From positions 11,196 to 75,195 of the forward strand of contig JAKJDL010000002.1 in the NCBI GenBank assembly GCA_022705945.1: DNA of 64,000 nucleotides. The letters run 5' to 3'. The notes under the pieces are model-generated. The model was not told where the DNA came from. It worked only from the letters and a program-made list of their open reading frames with translations, and did no database searches. Both the position numbers and the translations under genes were made by a program. This DNA comes from Candidatus Omnitrophota bacterium. Its GTDB lineage: Bacteria > Omnitrophota > Omnitrophia > Omnitrophales > Aquincolibacteriaceae. How positions within the stretch are numbered: position 1 is the stretch's first letter; each line of letters opens with the position of its first letter. Below are positions 59,647 through 64,000 of this stretch, in pieces.

Positions 59647-59796
59647 TTGTTCGAGTTTTTCCGGCGTCAGATACCCGAGAGACACATGCGGGAAATCTGA
59701 GCTGCAGTTCTGGATCCATTGTTTCAGCACTCTTTCTAATTTGAACGGGAACTCCCACTCGCGGGGCCAAACGAGGTCTTCTTTGATGGCGCGCAT
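59599..59796 (-). pseudogene. C-terminal remnant of an IS3-family transposase (OrfB end)
   Basis: Translation …PHVSLGYLTPEKLEQKHQN… matches the characteristic C-terminus of IS3-family transposases (…SLGYLTPEEFE…). It is truncated upstream. Confidence 0.5.
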
Positions 59797-60125
59797 GACC
59801 CATGAGGATACCTAGCCATGCTGATTCTTTTATTCTTCCCGGGGGACTATGGCCCGGAGTTCAGCGGGGAATCGCTAGACGAACGGGGTAAAGCTCGACT
59901 TTATCCGGCCGGGAAAACCGGCGCAGAACGCTTTTATCGAAAACGAAAACTTCCGCTACAAGTTCCGCGCGGAGTGCCCTAAGTATTTATTTATGATGAG
60001 GAAATTTCTGATACGATTCGGGAGCAGTATAGTTTGGCATCGGAGACAGGTTCGTCAAAACAGGCTAAGATTTCTCCCAAATCAATGTAAGGACGGTTTT
60101 TTTGTATAAGGAGTTTGAAACAACT

Positions 60126-60866
60126 ATGAGCACAATAAGCGTTATCGTTCCCGTATATAATGCAGAAAAGACTTTAAGGAAATGCATTAGTTCAATTCTA
60201 AAACAGACGTATAGAGACTTTGAGCTAATACTTGTCAATGACGGATCGAACGATATGAGTCTGGATATCTGCACGGAGTTTAAAGAGAATGATAATAGGA
60301 TAAAGATTATTGATCAAATTAACAAGGGTTCCCACATTGCCAGAAAGACTGGGATCGAGAATGCGACCGGATTTTTTGTTACTTTTGTTGATTCAGATGA
60401 CTGGATTGAACCTTGTGCTCTTTCGAAACTCCATGAAATCGCGATTAAATATAAAGCAGATGTGGTGGTCTGTAATTCTAAAAAAGTATTTGGTCCAATG
60501 TTCGATTTTAAACTTACTGGTAAAAGAGTGTTGGGCCGCAAAGAAGAATATTATTCAAAAAAAAGATTCATGAGTGAACTGTACATTTCATTTTTTGGGA
60601 TTACAAATTTTCCGGTAAGCATGTGGGGGAAACTTTATAGGAGAGATAGGCTTCGAGAAATTTATGTAGATGAAAAAAAACGATTTTATGGCGAAGACCT
60701 TATTTTCAACATTCAAGTTATGCCTGAGATGGAAGGGGTAGTGGTTATTCCTGACGAGCTTTATAACTATAGAGCTGGAGGCGGAACGCACAAATATCAA
60801 CCTTTATTTTTTGAGGAATTGACCGAGCTTCATAAAATTAAAAAACGGCATATCCAAAAAGTATAA
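60126..60866 (+). CDS. Family-2 glycosyltransferase (GT-A fold) within an AT-rich islet
   Basis: ISVIVPVYNAEKTL…ELILVNDGSND…DSDD motifs. AGGAG RBS 12 nt upstream. Markedly lower GC than the flanking DNA. Confidence 0.75.
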   Translation: MSTISVIVPVYNAEKTLRKCISSILKQTYRDFELILVNDGSNDMSLDICTEFKENDNRIKIIDQINKGSHIARKTGIENATGFFVTFVDSDDWIEPCALSKLHEIAIKYKADVVVCNSKKVFGPMFDFKLTGKRVLGRKEEYYSKKRFMSELYISFFGITNFPVSMWGKLYRRDRLREIYVDEKKRFYGEDLIFNIQVMPEMEGVVVIPDELYNYRAGGGTHKYQPLFFEELTELHKIKKRHIQKV

Positions 60867-60930
60867 CCTGGGTGAAGTTTTTGAATATTATCTTATCATT
60901 GAGCTGATTAATACTTATAAGGCTTTTATC

Positions 60931-61182
60931 GTGATGGAGCTTGTTGCGGGAAAACTTAAAAAGGAGGAGTTGATAAAAAGGCTAGATTGTACTTTAAAAA
61001 ACGAAGAGATCATAAATGCGATTAATCATCCTAAGATTAGCAGATATCGAGATCAAGATTTCATCAATGCGATCAAGGGTCATAATGTCCAAGAATTGAT
61101 AAGAACGGCTAAGAAGGGGATATTGAAGAAGAAGGCGAAGAGATTTTTTATAGGAGTTTTAACTAAAATGGCAAATTTTTAA
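60931..61182 (+). CDS. Small hypothetical protein (83 aa) in the AT-rich islet
   Basis: ORF only. Lys-rich, with the same AT-rich codon usage as the adjacent GT2 gene. Confidence 0.25.
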   Translation: MMELVAGKLKKEELIKRLDCTLKNEEIINAINHPKISRYRDQDFINAIKGHNVQELIRTAKKGILKKKAKRFFIGVLTKMANF

Positions 61183-61295
61183 TTTTCTTCTTTCGTGCTC
61201 AATCTCAGCTCCTCCGAAAGGCGAAGGGTTTTAGATAATTTGCAAAAAGGCGATTATGTCAAGTTGCAATGCTTCTCGTTAGTGTAATGCCCCCA

Positions 61296-61344
61296 TTAAT
61301 CAAGGGTGAAAAGTTGTAAAGCTGAAATCGGGTTCTGGTGTTTT
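61296..61344 (+). repeat. Direct repeat copy 2 (about 48 bp)
   Basis: ATTAATCAAGGGTGAAAAGTTGTAAAGCTGAAATCGGGTTCTGGTGTTTT. Same orientation as copy 1. Similarity ends abruptly after GGTGTTTT. Confidence 0.6.
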
Positions 61345-61543
61345 GGGGAAGGTGAATTACAACGGTTTGGGGCCTCATAGCTTGCCGGAAGGTCTGACTC
61401 CCGGTGAATTTGTCAGGCAATACGAGGCATCTTTGACAACTAAAGCATCATGGATCTCAACCCGGAAGCGGCACAGCTAAAGGGGTAGGGTCAATGCATG
61501 CCATAAAATCCAAAAACATTTTATTGTCTCCCGGAGATTTTCC

Positions 61544-62308
61544 GTGCTTATTTTAAATAAAATACTCCCGTTGTTTGTTTTACCGGTTGGGTTCAGCTTG
61601 TTGTGCATTTTTTCCGGTCTTTTTCTTCGAAAAAAAGGGTTCATTGTGCTCGGGGCCATGGTGCTTTGGTTTTTGGGGACGCCTCTGGCGAGCGATTTTT
61701 TAATGAGCCAGGTTGAGGGAAAGCCTCAAAGAATGTTACCGGAAAGCGTCCGGAGCGCGGACGCCATTGTGGTTTTAGGCGGGATGATAGATCAAATCGA
61801 AGGAGCCCCGCTTGGGGAATGGGATGATACTGTTGACCGTTTTGAAGGCGGCGTAAATTTGTTTAAAGCGGGCAAGGCTCCTGTCCTTTTGTTCACCCGC
61901 GGGGTGCTGCCATGGCAGAAAAACGTCGTTCCCGAGGGGGAACTGTTGGCGGCACGGGCCAGGAATCTTGCGATCCCTGAAGATGCGATTTTTTTGACAG
62001 AAAAAGCGACCAACACTGCCGATGAGGCAAAGGCGACGGGGAAGCTTTTGGGAGTCATAAAAGGTAAACCCCGAAAGATTATTCTTGTGACGAGCGCCTT
62101 TCACATGCGAAGAGCCAAGATGCAATTTGAAAAGGCGGGATTTGAAGTCGAGCCTTATCGTGTGGATTATCGGGTCAGCGGCAAAGACCAGCTGACCGTA
62201 TTAAGCTTTTTCCCGTCGGCAGTCGCTCTTAAACAATCCGAAACAGCTTTGCGCGAAATGATCGGATGGGTTTTTTATAAACTGCTTCACAAAACAAACT
62301 TCTCTTAA
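61544..62308 (+). CDS. DUF218/YdcF-like (ElyC-family) protein
   Basis: N-terminal TM region and a C-terminal …LVTSAFHMRRAKMQF… motif typical of DUF218. Confidence 0.55.
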   Translation: MLILNKILPLFVLPVGFSLLCIFSGLFLRKKGFIVLGAMVLWFLGTPLASDFLMSQVEGKPQRMLPESVRSADAIVVLGGMIDQIEGAPLGEWDDTVDRFEGGVNLFKAGKAPVLLFTRGVLPWQKNVVPEGELLAARARNLAIPEDAIFLTEKATNTADEAKATGKLLGVIKGKPRKIILVTSAFHMRRAKMQFEKAGFEVEPYRVDYRVSGKDQLTVLSFFPSAVALKQSETALREMIGWVFYKLLHKTNFS

Positions 62309-62617
62309 AGGTAAAAAGCTTCTTGGAAATGCTGTCTTGTCGGTTTTTATTTGCGGCGCCTGCGTTTATGGTCATCACTAACCTTGTGCGAAACGGCCGG
62401 GGATCACGATCCGGAGAATTTTGGTTTCATAGGTTCCGAAGAGACCAAGCCTTGGCGCCAAAACGGTACCGTGAAATTACTTGGCCATCGCGATGACATG
62501 TCGGAGCTGCCGTGGCCGGAGGAGGCTGTTCAGGTTGATTTATGCGAATTTATAGCGTGCGAAATTTCGGATTGATAGATATGACCCCGTGGTTTTAAGA
62601 AGCCGAGGAACGGATAG

Positions 62618-63373
62618 ATGAAATTTATTTTGAATTTGTTTAAAAAACACAAGCCCGATCTTCCGGAAAACATTTATTCCGTTTATCAGCCTATTGTGGA
62701 TATCGCCACATGGGACGTAATCGGACATGAGGCGTTTGCCCGAAGCGAGAAAGAAACGCCGGTTGAGATGTTCCAGCGTTCTTATGAAAAAGGGACGGTC
62801 ATCCCGTTCGATTTCCGCTGTCTTGCTGCGGCCATCAAAATATTGCCCGCATTTCCGGAAGGACAATACCTCTTCCTCAACATAGAGCCCTTGACGCTTG
62901 AGAGAGCTTTTGAAGAGGGGAAGGAGGGGGACTCCTTCCTCAGGCACATTAAAACATATTCCGGGAAGGTGGTGTTTGAAGTGACCGAAGGCGTAAAAAA
63001 GTCGGATTTTGCTTTTATCAAAAAAGGTGTCGATTTCATCAGGACTCTTGGCTATCGGTTTGCCCTTGATGATTTGAGCGAAATCGGGGCCCAAACGCTC
63101 CGGCTGGCATCTCTCAAGCCGGATTTTTTCAAAGTGGATATGCACTTGATCCAGGGGATTTCAAACAATTACATGAATCAGCAGATTGTGCGCGAGATGG
63201 CCCATCTGGGGAGAATGAATGGAGCTGAAATGATCGTTGAAGGCATCGAGAGCAAAGAGGATTGTGATTTTATGAGTAATATGGGAATCCGATACGGGCA
63301 AGGATTCTATTTTGCCAGGCCTGCCCGCGAGCCCGTCACTTTTCTCCAGCCCCCGAAAAATACCCAAACCTGA
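62618..63373 (+). CDS. Stand-alone EAL-domain c-di-GMP phosphodiesterase (EAF variant)
   Basis: Motifs YQPIVDI…GHEAFAR, …EVTEGV…, DDLSEIG, FKVDMHL, MIVEGIES and GQGFYFARP. All are catalytic-site-like. Confidence 0.65.
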   Translation: MKFILNLFKKHKPDLPENIYSVYQPIVDIATWDVIGHEAFARSEKETPVEMFQRSYEKGTVIPFDFRCLAAAIKILPAFPEGQYLFLNIEPLTLERAFEEGKEGDSFLRHIKTYSGKVVFEVTEGVKKSDFAFIKKGVDFIRTLGYRFALDDLSEIGAQTLRLASLKPDFFKVDMHLIQGISNNYMNQQIVREMAHLGRMNGAEMIVEGIESKEDCDFMSNMGIRYGQGFYFARPAREPVTFLQPPKNTQT

Positions 63374-63475
63374 TTTGGGGACGCGGGCATCGGCGACAGT
63401 TTCCCCGAGAGGTTGTTTCTGAACGGGTAAAAACGCTTTTTGATGCGGTCCGTTGTTGGGGAGCAGTCGCCCCGA

Positions 63476-63910
63476 TCAGCCGAAAAGTTTCGCGAAAGCT
63501 TCAGCGTGTCGGCCGATCCATTGTATGGCCGCATCTTCCTCAGAGATCTTTTGGCCGCGCAGGAGTTCCATTTTTTCCCGGTAATCGCGGATCTCAATGA
63601 TCTCTTCGGCGAGTTTGGCTCGGAAGGCGCTGGTTGAATCCTTGAAGCAGACACCTGTTCTGAAAAGTCCCATCGACTCATCTTTTATTGAGTAGGCAAC
63701 ACGAGCGTTCATTTCGAACAACTGTTTTTCGACGGGAATGGCCAATTGCAAATGCGTTCCTGCGGGGATGAAATCGGGCCAATAGAAAGACAATCCGCCC
63801 TCCGAAAGATCCTCGCTCTTTGAAGAAAGGGGGACGGTCTCCTCGATCCTTGTCAGCCGGATCGGAACTTTGATGGGGTGTCTGTAAAATTGCCGCTTGT
63901 TGTTTTTCAT
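63476..63910 (-). CDS. PilZ-domain protein (c-di-GMP receptor)
   Basis: RxxxR motif (RQFYR) and DxSxGG motif (DLSEGGLSF) near the N-terminus. Convergent with the EAL gene. Confidence 0.6.
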   Translation of the reverse strand: MKNNKRQFYRHPIKVPIRLTRIEETVPLSSKSEDLSEGGLSFYWPDFIPAGTHLQLAIPVEKQLFEMNARVAYSIKDESMGLFRTGVCFKDSTSAFRAKLAEEIIEIRDYREKMELLRGQKISEEDAAIQWIGRHAEAFAKLFG

Positions 63911-64000
63911 GAGCCAAAGTATAACCTGCAGGTTGGTTTTTTTCCATGCGGGGGATGTTTTTTGTATAATGAAAAAAACTCAAAGGATCGCGATCGAATT

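Noticed and set aside
62351-62575. 74-aa ORF in the intergenic region before the EAL gene
   Set aside because: No RBS, no motif, and a composition typical of a random ORF.

Overview
This 64-kb window is from a GC-rich bacterial chromosome and is mostly housekeeping and signalling genes. I found no rRNA, tRNA or CRISPR array.

**Main content**
- A complete 11-subunit NADH:quinone oxidoreductase operon on the minus strand, ordered nuoA, nuoBC (fused), D, I, H, J, K, L, M, N. There is no nuoEFG in the locus.
- Core metabolic genes: thiC, ispG, ispH, a futalosine-pathway radical-SAM enzyme (MqnC/MqnE family), queD, panE, era, greA, nth, trxA, a PFK-family kinase, and an archease-rtcB RNA-repair pair.
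- Dense signal transduction: two CHASE2 sensors, one fused to a GGDEF domain and one to a class III nucleotidyl cyclase; an EAL protein beside a PilZ receptor; three histidine kinases or standalone receivers; a GAF-PP2C phosphatase.

**Candidates worth a second look**
- A locus (48.7-54.3 kb) with a TPR/beta-barrel outer-membrane protein, two tandem secreted FecR-domain paralogs, and a convergent CHASE2 cyclase.
- A P-loop kinase fused to a dCMP-deaminase (40.7-41.7 kb) with the same domain architecture as nucleotide-depletion antiphage deaminases.
- An orphan AddB-like Fe-S nuclease/helicase with no AddA partner in the window.
- A roughly 1.7-kb AT-rich islet (59.6-61.3 kb) carrying a GT2 glycosyltransferase, bracketed by about 48-bp direct repeats derived from the 3' end of an IS3-family transposase.
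- A bacterial SET-domain protein and a fused NuoB-NuoC subunit.

All calls rest on motif reading of the supplied ORF translations and the raw sequence. I ran no database searches.
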